From positions 480,001 to 544,000 of the forward strand of contig OY820579.1 of NCBI GenBank assembly GCA_963681965.1: DNA of 64,000 nt, in the 5' to 3' direction. Positions within the stretch are counted from its first letter, which is position 1. Each line of letters begins with the position of its first letter. Below the pieces are notes generated by a model. It was given only the letters and a program-made list of their open reading frames with translations. It ran no database searches and was not told the DNA's origin. The position numbers were made by a program, and so were the translations under genes. Positions 50,381 to 61,261 of the stretch are shown here, in pieces. This DNA comes from a bacterium. GTDB lineage: Bacteria > Electryoneota > JAOADG01.

Positions 50381-50520
50381 TCTTAAAACGCACTCAAGAA
50401 AAAACGGGAATTATTAATCAGAAGATCAACATACGATTTCATCGGATTCCTAGGATTGAAATTTCTCGCATTCTCGACAATTGCCTTGCCCCCGCCCCCC
50501 TCATTTTCGTATATATAGAC

Positions 50521-50994
50521 ATGAAAAAGTTTCTGCTTCTTTTGCTTCTTCTCTTCGCCGGACTCGCATTCGCTATGCCGGAACAAGCGCAGCGCGTCAA
50601 GATCGGGAAAGCTACCGCCGTACTCGAAATCGCCGATGAGCAAGCCGAAATTGTCCAAGGTCTGTCCGATCGTACCGAACTCGCCCCCGATCACGGCATG
50701 TTGTTTGTTTTCCCCGACACTTCCCGCCGCTCGTTCTGGATGTACCACTGCAATTTCGATATCGACCTTGCCTACGTCGCACCCGACGGCACGATCCGCG
50801 AAACTCTGACGATGTACCTGGAACAGTACGACACTCCGCCCGAATTGCTGACCGTCTATCCGTCGAAAGCCGCCGATATCCAGTATGTCATCGAAATGCC
50901 CTCGGGCTGGTTCGAGACGCATGGCGTCAAAGCCGGACAAAAAGCCGATGTCACCCGCTTCAAATCGAAAGTAACCGACAAAACCTTCAAATAA
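50521..50994 (+). CDS. DUF192 family protein
   Basis: Signal peptide; LEIAD, GL..R, GMLFVF, FWM, YVIEM..GWF. Confidence 0.88.
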   Translation: MKKFLLLLLLLFAGLAFAMPEQAQRVKIGKATAVLEIADEQAEIVQGLSDRTELAPDHGMLFVFPDTSRRSFWMYHCNFDIDLAYVAPDGTIRETLTMYLEQYDTPPELLTVYPSKAADIQYVIEMPSGWFETHGVKAGQKADVTRFKSKVTDKTFK

Positions 50995-51050
50995 TTACGA
51001 TTAATTAGTCGGCATATTTTTTTCGCAGTAACCTGCTCGTACCTTCTAAT

Positions 51051-52775
51051 ATGACGCAAACGCATCCCATCATTTTCGAACAACTGGTGTTGATCGCCGG
51101 AATCGGCGTAATCGCTGCCATCGTTTTGCGTCGTCTGAAACTCCCGATCGTCACCATTCTGCTGATTGCCGGCGCCTTCATCGGTCCGTACGGTTTTCGC
51201 CTGATCGACGACGAGAGTGCGATCGAGGGATTTGCCGAAGTCGGTGTCATCTTATTGCTGTTCAGCATCGGTCTTGAATTTTCGATCAGTAAATTGCTCC
51301 GCATCGGGAAGTACGTTACCTACGGCGGTTTACTGCAAGTGATTTTAACGATCTTCGCATCCGTCATCGTCGGTTCGTTCTTCGGTCAATCGGTCGCGCG
51401 CGGCATCTTCTTCGGATTTCTCATTGCGCTCTCCAGTACCGCGATCGTGTTGCGTGCACTCGGCGAACGGTCGGAAATCGACTCGCCGCATGGACGGTTC
51501 ATCGTCGGTATACTGATCTTTCAGGATCTCTGTGTCGTACCGATGGTGCTGCTGGTGCCAATTCTGGCGCAACCCGGCGCACTGTCGGCATTTTCGAAAA
51601 TCGGGTGGGCGCTGCTAAAAGCGATGCTCGTGGTCGGACTCACGATCTCGATCTCGCGCTGGCTGCTGCCGAAATTTTTTGCACTGGTCGATCGGGCGCA
51701 AAGCCGCGAAATTTTTATTCTCTCGGTGATGGTAATCTGCCTCGGTACCGCGTGGCTCACGTCGCTGGCGGGACTATCGCTGGCACTGGGCGCGTTCCTC
51801 GCCGGAATGATCCTTGCCGAAACCGATTACGCCCACCGCGCGACTTCCGATATTCTCCCGATCCGCGATATCTTCACCAGCTTCTTTTTCATCTCGCTTG
51901 GAATGCTGTTCGACGGTCGCGTGATCGTGGAAAATTGGTCGCTTGCACTGACACTGATCGTCGCAATAATTATCGGGAAAGCGATCATTGCTGGATTGTC
52001 CGGTCTGGTGATGCGATTCTCGATCAGTGTCGCGATCGTTGCCGGATTTGGACTCGCGCAATTCGGTGAATTTGGATTTATCCTCGCGAAATCGGGTAAT
52101 AGCCTCGGTCTGTTATCGAATGATGAAATGCGGTTGATCCTTGCCGCCGGCGTCATCACCATGATCGTCACGCCGCTTATCATCCGGTATTCGCCGCGAC
52201 TGGCGGCACGTACCGACCGGATGCGACGATTGCAGCGCATTCTCGGTGCGCGTGGCATCGGTGAAATTGCACCGGTACATAAACAGATGCACGATCACAT
52301 TGTTGTCGTGGGGTACGGTGTCGGTGGTCAAGTGCTGGCGGAAGCGCTGAAAGTAGAAAAATTGCCGTTTATCGTGATCGAGATGAATGCCGATCTGGTG
52401 CGTGAGGCGCGCCATTCCGGAATGCCGGCATATTATGGCGATATTGCGGGGCTTGAGACGATCGAACAGGCATCGGTGCGATCGGCACGCGCGTTGGCGC
52501 TGATGATCAACGATCCACGCGCCGTCGAGCGTGCACTCGTGACAATCAAACGACTCGCACCCGATGTACCGATTTATATGCGTGGACGGCGACTCCAGAA
52601 TGTGCCGTTTCTCAAAAAACTTGGCGCGAAACTAGTCATCGTTGAAGAAGTCGAAGCGGCTATTGCGATGCTGGGTAAGATCCTGAAATTGACTCCGCTA
52701 TCGCCCAATCAGCAGATCGAACACATTCAAACCGCCCGCGCGAAAATCAAAGAAGCGTATTATCGCGAATTATAG
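51051..52775 (+). CDS. CPA2 cation:proton antiporter with TrkA-N domain
   Basis: AEVGVILLLFSIGLE, LSSTAIV, LIFQDL, ALGAFLAG, VVGYGVGG. Confidence 0.92.
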   Translation: MTQTHPIIFEQLVLIAGIGVIAAIVLRRLKLPIVTILLIAGAFIGPYGFRLIDDESAIEGFAEVGVILLLFSIGLEFSISKLLRIGKYVTYGGLLQVILTIFASVIVGSFFGQSVARGIFFGFLIALSSTAIVLRALGERSEIDSPHGRFIVGILIFQDLCVVPMVLLVPILAQPGALSAFSKIGWALLKAMLVVGLTISISRWLLPKFFALVDRAQSREIFILSVMVICLGTAWLTSLAGLSLALGAFLAGMILAETDYAHRATSDILPIRDIFTSFFFISLGMLFDGRVIVENWSLALTLIVAIIIGKAIIAGLSGLVMRFSISVAIVAGFGLAQFGEFGFILAKSGNSLGLLSNDEMRLILAAGVITMIVTPLIIRYSPRLAARTDRMRRLQRILGARGIGEIAPVHKQMHDHIVVVGYGVGGQVLAEALKVEKLPFIVIEMNADLVREARHSGMPAYYGDIAGLETIEQASVRSARALALMINDPRAVERALVTIKRLAPDVPIYMRGRRLQNVPFLKKLGAKLVIVEEVEAAIAMLGKILKLTPLSPNQQIEHIQTARAKIKEAYYREL

Positions 52776-52804
52776 AGCTGCGAGATAACCGAGATAATTT
52801 TATA

Positions 52805-53010
52805 ATATCTCTTGAAAATACGTTATTATCGGTAGTAGGTGCGGATCCTCGCATCCACCCGCTTTTTTTATTCCGTAGGGGCGAATCGCATTCGCCCGTT
52901 CTTGTATCTTTTGTATTCCTGTATCTTGCAGTAGGGGCGGGCTCCCATGCCCGCCCGCAGATATTTGTAAGTACAGACACTCCTGTCTGTACATGTTCGG
53001 CAAAGCCGAA
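52805..53010. repeat. Intergenic REP mosaic
   Basis: GTAGGTGCGGATCC..., GTAGGGGCGAATCGCATTCGCCC (identical to 40944), GTAGGGGCGGGCTCCC..., GTACAGACACTCCTGTCTGTAC, GTTCGGCAAAGCCGAAC. Confidence 0.85.
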
Positions 53011-53016
53011 CTATCA

Positions 53017-53847
53017 TTAGGAATGATGTTCCAGCCACTCGCTCCACGACCCGATATACAGTTTCGGTTGGGGAAATCCTGCCAGCATCATCGCGATTAC
53101 ATTGCCGGTCGCAGTGACACCCGATCCGCAATAACAAATCACTTTCGAATACTTGTCGATCCCCAGTTGTTCGAACCGGTAGCGTATGTCTTCCGGTTCC
53201 TTGAAGACCGGTGCCGTCGCGTCGCGCAGATTCTCCTGAAAGAATGCATTGATCGCTCCGGGAATATGACCACCTCGTTTGTCGATGGTCTCATTGTCGC
53301 CATTAAAGCGATCCGGAGCACGGGCATCGATCAAGATCGAACCGTGATCGATTGCCTGATCGACATCTTTCATGGTCGCTAGATAAGTGGTATTCAATTT
53401 CGGTGTCAACGCTTTCGGAAGCTGTCTGATCGATTTTGCCGGACCGGATTCGATCGATCGTTCCTCTTTCACCCATTTGCTGATACCGCCATCTAAAATT
53501 ATGACTGATGGTCCGCCAATCCATTGTAACATCCACCAGAAACGACCGGCGAGCGCACTCCCTTTGTCGTCGTAAGCAACGATCAGCGAATCGCGATCGA
53601 TTCCGACGCGTCGCAATATTTCGACAAAAATTTCTGGTGTTGGAAGCGGGTGTCGTCCGACGGAAGGATTCTTTGGTCCGGATAAATCGGTATCCAGATT
53701 CAAAAATCGTGCGCCGGGCAGATGCGCTTTCTCAAACGATTTTTCGGCGCCGTCAGGTGCACTGGCATCCCAGCGAACATCGATCAAAACCAACTTCGGA
53801 TCGGTAAGATGATTGGCTAACCATTCGGTATTGACGAGGATAGACAT
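53017..53847 (-). CDS. Two-domain rhodanese sulfurtransferase (SseA-like)
   Basis: HLPGA, GRHPLP, LDGG, DAR, GHIPGA, YCGSGVTA, YIGSWSEW. Confidence 0.92.
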   Translation of the reverse strand: MSILVNTEWLANHLTDPKLVLIDVRWDASAPDGAEKSFEKAHLPGARFLNLDTDLSGPKNPSVGRHPLPTPEIFVEILRRVGIDRDSLIVAYDDKGSALAGRFWWMLQWIGGPSVIILDGGISKWVKEERSIESGPAKSIRQLPKALTPKLNTTYLATMKDVDQAIDHGSILIDARAPDRFNGDNETIDKRGGHIPGAINAFFQENLRDATAPVFKEPEDIRYRFEQLGIDKYSKVICYCGSGVTATGNVIAMMLAGFPQPKLYIGSWSEWLEHHS

Positions 53848-53974
53848 TTCTTTACCCTTACGATTGAGTTGTTAGATGTGTGAAGATCTCTTGTGTCGCA
53901 TTCATTCACAATATAGCTTACATTCATAATCGATCGCTATGCTTTTCGAAACATGTCAGCAAATCGGACGAAAC

Positions 53975-54742
53975 ATGACTGCAAACGAAAATTTATCTCA
54001 CGATACCGACCGAATTATTCGCGAGAAAAAATTTCATAACGAAGCTTTTTCCGACAAACGACGCGAAAGCGTTAACCGATTTTATTCTGCATGTTCAGCA
54101 TATTATCGGGATTTTGAGAATGAATTGCATCAATTTGCAAACGGACGTAAGGTGTTAGAGTATGGCTGTGGTACCGGTACGCACGCATTCGATCTCGCCA
54201 GTTGGGGTAGTCATGTAACCGGTATCGATATTTCCGAAGAGGCAATCCGACAATCGATCGAACAGGCAAAACAAAGCGGAATTTCCGATCGCACCGAATT
54301 TTATTGTATGAATGCTGAAGCAATGACGTTCCCGGATGCAACTTTCGATCTGATTTGCGGGAGCGCAATCTTACATCATCTCAATCTGCCGGAAGCGTTG
54401 CGAGAAATTAATCGCGTATTGAAGCCCGGGGGAATTGCAATCTTTGGCGAACCGCTCGGTCACAATCCCATTATTAATCTGTTTCGTAAACTTACCCCGA
54501 AGCTTCGTACATCCGATGAGCACCCGTTGTTGATCACCGACATTAAGCTAATGAGCGACTTCTTTTATCGAGTCGATGTCAAATGGTATAGCTTGACGAC
54601 ACCTTATATTGCCGTATTGCCGGCTAGTTTAATGAAACGGATTCTTCCGGCGTTTGAAAGTGTCGATCGGGCGATATTTCACATCAAATCAATTCAAAAA
54701 TACGCTTGGTTATGTCTGATACGATTGCAAAAAAAGGAATAG
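53975..54742 (+). CDS. Class I SAM methyltransferase
   Basis: VLEYGCGTG, GIDIS, AILHHL, EPLGHNP, RTSDEHPL. Confidence 0.88.
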   Translation: MTANENLSHDTDRIIREKKFHNEAFSDKRRESVNRFYSACSAYYRDFENELHQFANGRKVLEYGCGTGTHAFDLASWGSHVTGIDISEEAIRQSIEQAKQSGISDRTEFYCMNAEAMTFPDATFDLICGSAILHHLNLPEALREINRVLKPGGIAIFGEPLGHNPIINLFRKLTPKLRTSDEHPLLITDIKLMSDFFYRVDVKWYSLTTPYIAVLPASLMKRILPAFESVDRAIFHIKSIQKYAWLCLIRLQKKE

Positions 54743-54919
54743 TATTTTCTTTTTTCTTACCATCACAAATTGTGCATATCGCCAGCGCTCACTTGGTCGG
54801 ATGACCTGATATTCAGAGTCGTAATGCCGGTAGGCGTACTTTCTCCGTACAGAGTATTCGCTCGTTAGAATCAAGTTGCATTAATGATAAAGCGGAGATC
54901 GCTTGATTTGCCGAAACAG

Positions 54920-54953
54920 AACAACCCCGAACAATAATGTCCGGGGTTGTTTT
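54920..54953. terminator. Intrinsic terminator
   Basis: AACAACCCCG-AACAATAATGTC-CGGGGTTGTT, between convergent genes. Confidence 0.7.
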
Positions 54954-54991
54954 GTTGAATCAGCGACTAGTTCAATTTCAAGATTCAATGA

Positions 54992-56539
54992 TTACTTTGT
55001 TAGTGTCATTTTCTTGGTCGAGGTGAAGCCCGGTGTCTGCAACGTATAGAAATAGTTTCCAGCCGGAAGGTTCGACGCGTCGAATTGGACGTTGTGACGC
55101 CCTTGCGATTGATTGCGATCCACCAACACCGCGATCGTTTGTCCTAATACGTTCTGAACTGTTAGCTTTACTGCCCCTTCGGTACCGACACTGTAGAATA
55201 TATCGGTAGTCGGGTTGAACGGATTCGGATAATTCTGAGCCAAACCATAGCGACCGATGATTGCGACATTATGCTGGGTCTGAGTTGGTGTTGCGTTCAC
55301 GATATTCGTATGAACAGCTTCGCGTCCGTCGAGATCGATATCGGAAATGCGGTAATAATACGTAGTTCCATTGGTGACGCGGGAATCCCGGAAACGGTAA
55401 TTATGTGCCACTGGGCTGTTCAATGCACCGGGAACTGCGGTGATCTGTTCGCCGATTTCGCCAATAACTGTTGAGCGGTAAATGCGGAAACTGGCGTTGT
55501 TTGTTTCCGACTCCGTATGCCATGCGAGATCGACATAACCTTCCCCGGCATTGGCAGTGAACGATGTCATTTCAACCGGCAAGAGACCGTCGGTAATCAT
55601 ATCCGACGAGGCGTACGCCAGTGAGTTACCGACCCCATTGAATGCCCATACCCGGAACCAATAATGTGTACTCGGTGTCAAACCGGTTACATCGAGATAC
55701 AGCTCGTCAACACTGGCATCGCCCCAAGGTGAGAAACTGGAACCATCGGTCGAAATAAAGACATGGAAACCGGTTTCGTTGTTGGCGTTATCGGTCCAAC
55801 CGAAGCGCATACCGGAAATAGTAACATTTGTGATCGTACCAGCGGTCGGCGATTCCGGCAGCGTGTCGAGCGTTGTCTGGTTTGCGATATTGGTGTAGTT
55901 CGAGAACTGAGTTCCACCGGTATTGAATGCTCTAACTCGATACCAGTACTGAGTCACAGTATTCAATCCGGTAACGTCGAGAAAGTTGACATCATACGAT
56001 GTCGTACCAGCCAGTGAATTTGTTGTGGCAAAGTTATCAGTCGAAATATAAACTTCGAAGCCTTCTTCGTTGGCAGAATTATCTGTCCAGCTAACTTGTT
56101 GCGAAGTTGCTGCATTCAAAATTACTTGGCAGACCGACGGATCGGCTGGGGGAACGTCGATCGTGGTATTGCCCATCGCGACGTAACCGGGTGCCGAAGT
56201 AGTGCTGTTGCCACTGGCATTGTGCGAATAAACACGGAATGAATAGAACGTGTTTGGGTTTAGGCCTGTGACGGAATAATTATATGTAGTATTAATCGAA
56301 GCAACAGTGGTGGAAACAACCGAAGTTAAAAAACTATAACCTCCGCCCAACCCGGCGTCCCAATAGATATAGAACGAGGTTTCGTTGTTGGATTTATCGA
56401 CCCAGTGCAAATCCATTGAATTGGTCGTGACGTTATCGATCTGAGTAACACTGGCTCCGGGACGGATTGGTTGAGCAAACACTATGCTCGCCGCGGCAAT
56501 CAGTATGAATGCGAATACAGCTTTAAGCGAATTCTTCAT
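54992..56539 (-). CDS. Secreted triple-FN3 protein with T9SS CTD
   Basis: MKNSLK signal peptide; three W.D.S.NE.GF...GL...Y.FRV FN3 units; LPVEMTSF; NYPNPFNP. Confidence 0.88.
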   Translation of the reverse strand: MKNSLKAVFAFILIAAASIVFAQPIRPGASVTQIDNVTTNSMDLHWVDKSNNETSFYIYWDAGLGGGYSFLTSVVSTTVASINTTYNYSVTGLNPNTFYSFRVYSHNASGNSTTSAPGYVAMGNTTIDVPPADPSVCQVILNAATSQQVSWTDNSANEEGFEVYISTDNFATTNSLAGTTSYDVNFLDVTGLNTVTQYWYRVRAFNTGGTQFSNYTNIANQTTLDTLPESPTAGTITNVTISGMRFGWTDNANNETGFHVFISTDGSSFSPWGDASVDELYLDVTGLTPSTHYWFRVWAFNGVGNSLAYASSDMITDGLLPVEMTSFTANAGEGYVDLAWHTESETNNASFRIYRSTVIGEIGEQITAVPGALNSPVAHNYRFRDSRVTNGTTYYYRISDIDLDGREAVHTNIVNATPTQTQHNVAIIGRYGLAQNYPNPFNPTTDIFYSVGTEGAVKLTVQNVLGQTIAVLVDRNQSQGRHNVQFDASNLPAGNYFYTLQTPGFTSTKKMTLTK

Positions 56540-57508
56540 TAATGGTCCTTTCCGAAAAGTTATTTCGATAACAGGCGCTATCGATTGATTGCGGCAATGA
56601 TTGTTCGTCATTGCAGCATTAATGTGATTTATAACAGACACTTAGCAGACTCTCGCCAATTACTATCAAGATCGCTACCGATTTTTTTATCCAACTCCGG
56701 TAAGTAGTACCCACCCGATAGCGCTAGTTATGGCGTTGAGTTATTGTCTTGCGACAGTAATCGATCAACATATTCTGATACGGTGATAGATTTAATATAA
56801 TTGGGTTAATATACCGTCTGATTGGTTTGATGAATGTGTGAAATAGGCTATGTAATGCACTAAATAATGGTTGTTTATATTTGGCGTGTCGAAAAATAAA
56901 TACAATAACCCGGGTAAATATTATTGAAGTGAATTGTAAAATAGGGTATTATAATTGAATTCTATATCGATATACTCAACACTGGCGGCAAATGCGCAAT
57001 AGTTAACACTGAATTATATAAATGAGCGATCAACTGTGCATAAAACTGTGATGATTATAAGAGGTATTTTGCGAGAAATTCGAACAAATTATTTATAATA
57101 CTCCCCGAGATCTTGCAGATTCGCCGGATTGGTCTACGAAGGAAAGCCCTTCAAGAAGAATACATATTTTCTTGAATGTAAATATATATTGTGGGGTGGA
57201 ATGTTGCGGTTTATTATCTGAAATAATTCTAGAAGTGGATGATAAAGATTGAATTATCGCTATAGATTATGTAATAGCGTTCTATGTGTTCACGAGACAT
57301 AGTTCAATAATGCACATAGGGTATATTGTAGAGAGGCTTCGTGGTGTTGCACTGCGCAAAGTTCCCACGATCAATTTTTGATAGACACAACCAGAAAAAA
57401 GATTTTACGACTTCGTAAAGGGTCGATATTCCTGTTTTCGGACAGCGTGAACAATCAGAAGCGAATTCTGGAGAAGAAATCGAGAGTTGTTGTTCTAGAA
57501 ACGAAGAT

Positions 57509-58204
57509 TTACGGTTTATTGAACGCTTTTCGCACCATCACAAATTGCGCAATATCGCTATCCAGTGCGAGCGTCGTCTGTTCGCATTCCACAACCAGTG
57601 TCGGGAGTGTTTGGCGGACCGTCAATTTACTGCCATGCGTCAGACCCAATCGGATTAATTTTTCTGCCGCATCTTCATCCAAGATTGTGTGAACGCTATA
57701 GGTTTCGCCGCGTTTGGCACGAGTGAGCGGCACCCACAGCGGAATCGCTTTCTCGTCTTTGCGGGCGCAACACTGCCCCGGTGGAATCGGGTGTCCGTGC
57801 GGGCAACGCGTCGGGTGACCGAGCAGTGTACAAATCGAATCGGCAACATCGTCGACCAGTGAATGATCGAGTTGACACGCTGGTCCTTCGGTCTTCTCCA
57901 CCTGATCGAGTGATAGTCCCAGAATATCGACCAACAGCCGTTCCGCCAGCCGATGCCGGCGAATTAACCGTTTGTACTCGTGTTCACCGTCGGGTAGCCA
58001 GATGACGCGCGATTGACCGTCTACCGATTTCACTTCGATCGATTCCAATACCGTTAAATTGTTTAGATCGGTCTCGGTAAAATTTCGATTCAACAATTCC
58101 GGAATGGTATTGTGACCTTCTTCGATACACAGACCCAGCCGTTCGTAGAGGTGGATCGTTTCGTCCTTCAGTTCCATTCCACGCACAGTTTCGATGATAC
58201 TCAC
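57509..58204 (-). CDS. DtxR/MntR-like metal-dependent regulator fused to FeoA
   Basis: RRHRLAERLL, ACQLDH, LGHPTRCPHGHPIP, C-terminal SH3/FeoA-like domain. Confidence 0.85.
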   Translation of the reverse strand: MSIIETVRGMELKDETIHLYERLGLCIEEGHNTIPELLNRNFTETDLNNLTVLESIEVKSVDGQSRVIWLPDGEHEYKRLIRRHRLAERLLVDILGLSLDQVEKTEGPACQLDHSLVDDVADSICTLLGHPTRCPHGHPIPPGQCCARKDEKAIPLWVPLTRAKRGETYSVHTILDEDAAEKLIRLGLTHGSKLTVRQTLPTLVVECEQTTLALDSDIAQFVMVRKAFNKP

Positions 58205-58228
58205 GATTCGCTCCTTGTTCGCTACCGG

Positions 58229-60313
58229 TTATTTGGGAAATACTTCGAGGGCACGCAGAATGATATTCAGAACCGCGCCGACTGCGACAGCATATACCGA
58301 TACAAAACTCGCCATCAGAATTCCGGTCTTGATGCCCTGCTCTTTCAGAATCGCGAAGAAACTCGCCAGACACGGGACAAACAACACCATCACGGTTAGC
58401 GCTACGGTGATTTGCGTGTGATCGAGCAATCCGTTGCGCTCCAGCATAAACAATCCCGCGGCGCCGTAATCGCGGCGAAGAAATCCAAGCAGAAATGCGC
58501 GCGCCGACTCTTGCGGTAACGATAGCAATCCGGTCATAATCGGTTTCGTCGCGGTCTCGATGATTTTAAGCAAACCAATCCTGTCGACGATAAATAGTAG
58601 CGCGGTGCCGATCAGGAACAGTGGTACCGCTTCCACCAAAAACCACTTTACGCGGAACCCGGTTTTGATGAATAGATTGCGCAGGATCGGTGTTCGGATC
58701 GGAGGAATTTCCATCAAAAAGCTCGACACTTTTCCCGGCAGGATTCGGTTTGCGGTCCAGCCGACGATCACGAGTTGTGTCAATACGGTGATGCCGACAA
58801 TGATTAAAATCAGTGGATTCAGCGCGGAACTCATGCCAAGGATCACACCGAGTTGCGCCGAACAGGGAACGCCAAGCGCCAACAGCATGATCGCGATCAT
58901 CCGTTCTTTCCGCGTCTCCAGAGTTCGGGCAGTGAAGGTCGCCATGGTGTCGCAACCGAGACCCAGCACCATCGGCAACACGGCACGTCCATTCAATCCG
59001 ATTCGCTTGAATAACCGGTTGGAGAGGATCGTTAGCCGGGGTAGATAACCGCTATCTTCGAGAATTCCGAAGGCGAGAAAGAAAAAGAAAATGACCGGAA
59101 GAACGATTGCGATCGCATAGGTCAAACCAACTGTAATCAAGCCATATCGCCCGACCAGCAGATCGACGAAAAATGCCGGTATCGCACCGTAGGCACGCAG
59201 CGGTGCGAGCAGATCGATGATAAAAGGATTGAGCAGACCGGAGCGAACGCCGCTATCCGGATCGATCCCGCCGAACAGACTGTGCTCGATCCAATTGACG
59301 AGTGTTCCCGCAGCGAAGACTCCCACCAATTCGTACATCCCGAACAATACCAGCAGCAGGAACGGTACGCCCCACAACGGATGCATCATCCAGTTGCCGA
59401 GTCGCTCGCGCCAGACGGGAACGACGCGATTCGGTGTCTGGATGAAACTGCCGAATTGCTCCTCCATATTCTGTTTGCGGGTCTTCGAGAGCAGGAATGG
59501 CAGTGGTTCGTAAAATCGTTCTTTCACTTTTGCGATATTGGCGCGGATCGTCTCCTCCAAGCCGGGTTCGATCGGTACGCCGTGATGATACGCAGTTAAA
59601 ATAGACTTGTCGCCGGATAGTAGCGAATAAGCCGCGCCGAGTGGCGACGATCCATTTTGCGGTAAGGTGTTGGCGATAATTTTTGCAGCTTCTTCGATCA
59701 AGGGATGAAATTCCGGGCGCAGTTTCGGAACCGTGAATTTCGTCATCGCTTGCTTTAGTTCGGAGATACCGATCCGCATGGTCGCTACCGTAGGAATGAC
59801 CGGGACGCCGAGTGCTTTGGCGATCCCTTTGGCGTCGATCGTGATTTGTCGTTCCTGCGCTTCGTCCCATAAGTTCAACACGATCAATAACGGTACTTCA
59901 TACTCGATCAATTGGTGAGTCAGCATCAATCCGCGCAGCAAATTTTTGGCATCGATCACTTGCACCACGCCGTCCGGACGGCGATCGAGCAGAATATCGC
60001 GTGTTACCCGCTCGTCCTCGCTACGTGGCTGGAGGCTGTTGACGCCAGGGGTATCGATCAGCTCAAACTCACGGCTGCCGACTTTCATCCGACCGAATGT
60101 TACTTCAACCGATGTGCCGGGGTAGTTTGACACGGTCACATATTTCCCGGTGAGCAGCCCGAACAGAACGCTCTTTCCGACATTGGGGTTGCCGAGCAAC
60201 AGGATGCGCGGCAGTTGGGTCGAAGGGAGTGGTCCGGTAACCGCTTCGGAACGGTTTCCGGGGCGTGTTGTCGGTAGTGCGACGGGCATTTTCATGGCGG
60301 AGTGGTCGTGCAT
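58229..60313 (-). CDS. feoB: Ferrous iron transporter B
   Basis: GNPNVGKS, NYPGTSV, DTPG, LEDSGYLPR, GLGC, PCSAQ; GAGGT RBS before 60313. Confidence 0.95.
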   Translation of the reverse strand: MHDHSAMKMPVALPTTRPGNRSEAVTGPLPSTQLPRILLLGNPNVGKSVLFGLLTGKYVTVSNYPGTSVEVTFGRMKVGSREFELIDTPGVNSLQPRSEDERVTRDILLDRRPDGVVQVIDAKNLLRGLMLTHQLIEYEVPLLIVLNLWDEAQERQITIDAKGIAKALGVPVIPTVATMRIGISELKQAMTKFTVPKLRPEFHPLIEEAAKIIANTLPQNGSSPLGAAYSLLSGDKSILTAYHHGVPIEPGLEETIRANIAKVKERFYEPLPFLLSKTRKQNMEEQFGSFIQTPNRVVPVWRERLGNWMMHPLWGVPFLLLVLFGMYELVGVFAAGTLVNWIEHSLFGGIDPDSGVRSGLLNPFIIDLLAPLRAYGAIPAFFVDLLVGRYGLITVGLTYAIAIVLPVIFFFFLAFGILEDSGYLPRLTILSNRLFKRIGLNGRAVLPMVLGLGCDTMATFTARTLETRKERMIAIMLLALGVPCSAQLGVILGMSSALNPLILIIVGITVLTQLVIVGWTANRILPGKVSSFLMEIPPIRTPILRNLFIKTGFRVKWFLVEAVPLFLIGTALLFIVDRIGLLKIIETATKPIMTGLLSLPQESARAFLLGFLRRDYGAAGLFMLERNGLLDHTQITVALTVMVLFVPCLASFFAILKEQGIKTGILMASFVSVYAVAVGAVLNIILRALEVFPK

Positions 60314-60324
60314 AGTACCTCTAT

Positions 60325-60345
60325 TATTGCGACATAGTCGCAATA
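60325..60345. promoter_or_regulatory. Palindromic operator upstream of feoB
   Basis: TATTGCGAC-ATA-GTCGCAATA, a perfect 9-3-9 inverted repeat next to the feoB RBS. Confidence 0.65.
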
Positions 60346-60797
60346 TAATACGACTCAGTTAAGGGATTTGCAAGATGAGGGGATTCCGGGGCAAGTGTTG
60401 AAAAATTTGGGTGAAGAAGGGGTTATCTTGACGCTACTTATTCACATTATAAAGATTTATAACAGGGTTGCTACGAACAGGTCAAAAAGTCTACTATCTT
60501 CCAGTATGTCTCTTTTTTTATCGGATCATATCGCGGCTGATTTATTTTGACTTGAACGCTTGAACCCGTTTTGTTTTTGATTTATTCTGCAATTGAACAA
60601 ATCTTGAAGATTGTACCGATATTTGAAAACGAATATTGGTATTTGTTTCTCCGTCATCTATTATTTACAGCTAGATACTTACTCATCTTTTCAAAAATCA
60701 ACACAAATCATCTGGGAAGCTGCAAATACTCCCCTCTCTCCGCTCCTAGAGTAACTTTCAGAAAATCATCGGGAAACGAATCAAATAAATATTTTCC

Positions 60798-60826
60798 TTG
60801 ACTTTCGCCTAAAAATGTATTATATT
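60798..60826 (+). promoter_or_regulatory. Sigma70-type promoter of capsid module
   Basis: TTGACT-N17-TATATT with AT-rich upstream DNA, 55 bp before ORF 60882. Confidence 0.65.
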
Positions 60827-60881
60827 ATATACAGTAACAAGGCGATCCAGTCCTTTTTACCGTGCAACTTTCGAGGCGATC

Positions 60882-61217
60882 ATGTTCCCTAACACCCTCA
60901 ATACCCACTGCAAAGTCAGCCGTAAGTTTCATCTCCCGCTCCCGACTTTGCCGGATCACCTGAAGCATATGCTGCCGGTCGCAACCACCCCCTGCCGGAT
61001 TCCACTCGACGACTGGCAGGTCTGCCATGCCGATGCCTGCTACCTGAATGCGCGGTGTCCCGCCTACGCTGGAACGGCTCCACAGTTCGAACCCAAGCTG
61101 CCGCTATTGGACTCGAATACCGGTCGCCACCAACGCCGACCTCACTGTTCCGGCTTCCACCTCGTTCCGGAGTGGGAACTTGAAGCCGAAACCGATGACG
61201 AATTCACCACCCGATAA
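60882..61217 (+). CDS. Small Cys/His/Pro-rich hypothetical protein
   Basis: GAGG RBS, directly after the promoter, co-oriented with the head genes; no family recognised. Confidence 0.5.
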   Translation: MFPNTLNTHCKVSRKFHLPLPTLPDHLKHMLPVATTPCRIPLDDWQVCHADACYLNARCPAYAGTAPQFEPKLPLLDSNTGRHQRRPHCSGFHLVPEWELEAETDDEFTTR

Positions 61218-61261
61218 CGCAAGCCACTCCACCCAATTCGACCTCAGCAAAGGAATGTACA

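Noticed and set aside
50305-50520. N-terminal extension of DUF192
   Set aside because: Reads through a REPIN; the signal peptide begins at 50521.
52747-53137. Short ORFs between the antiporter and the sulfurtransferase
   Set aside because: They are translations of REP mosaics in a convergent intergenic gap.
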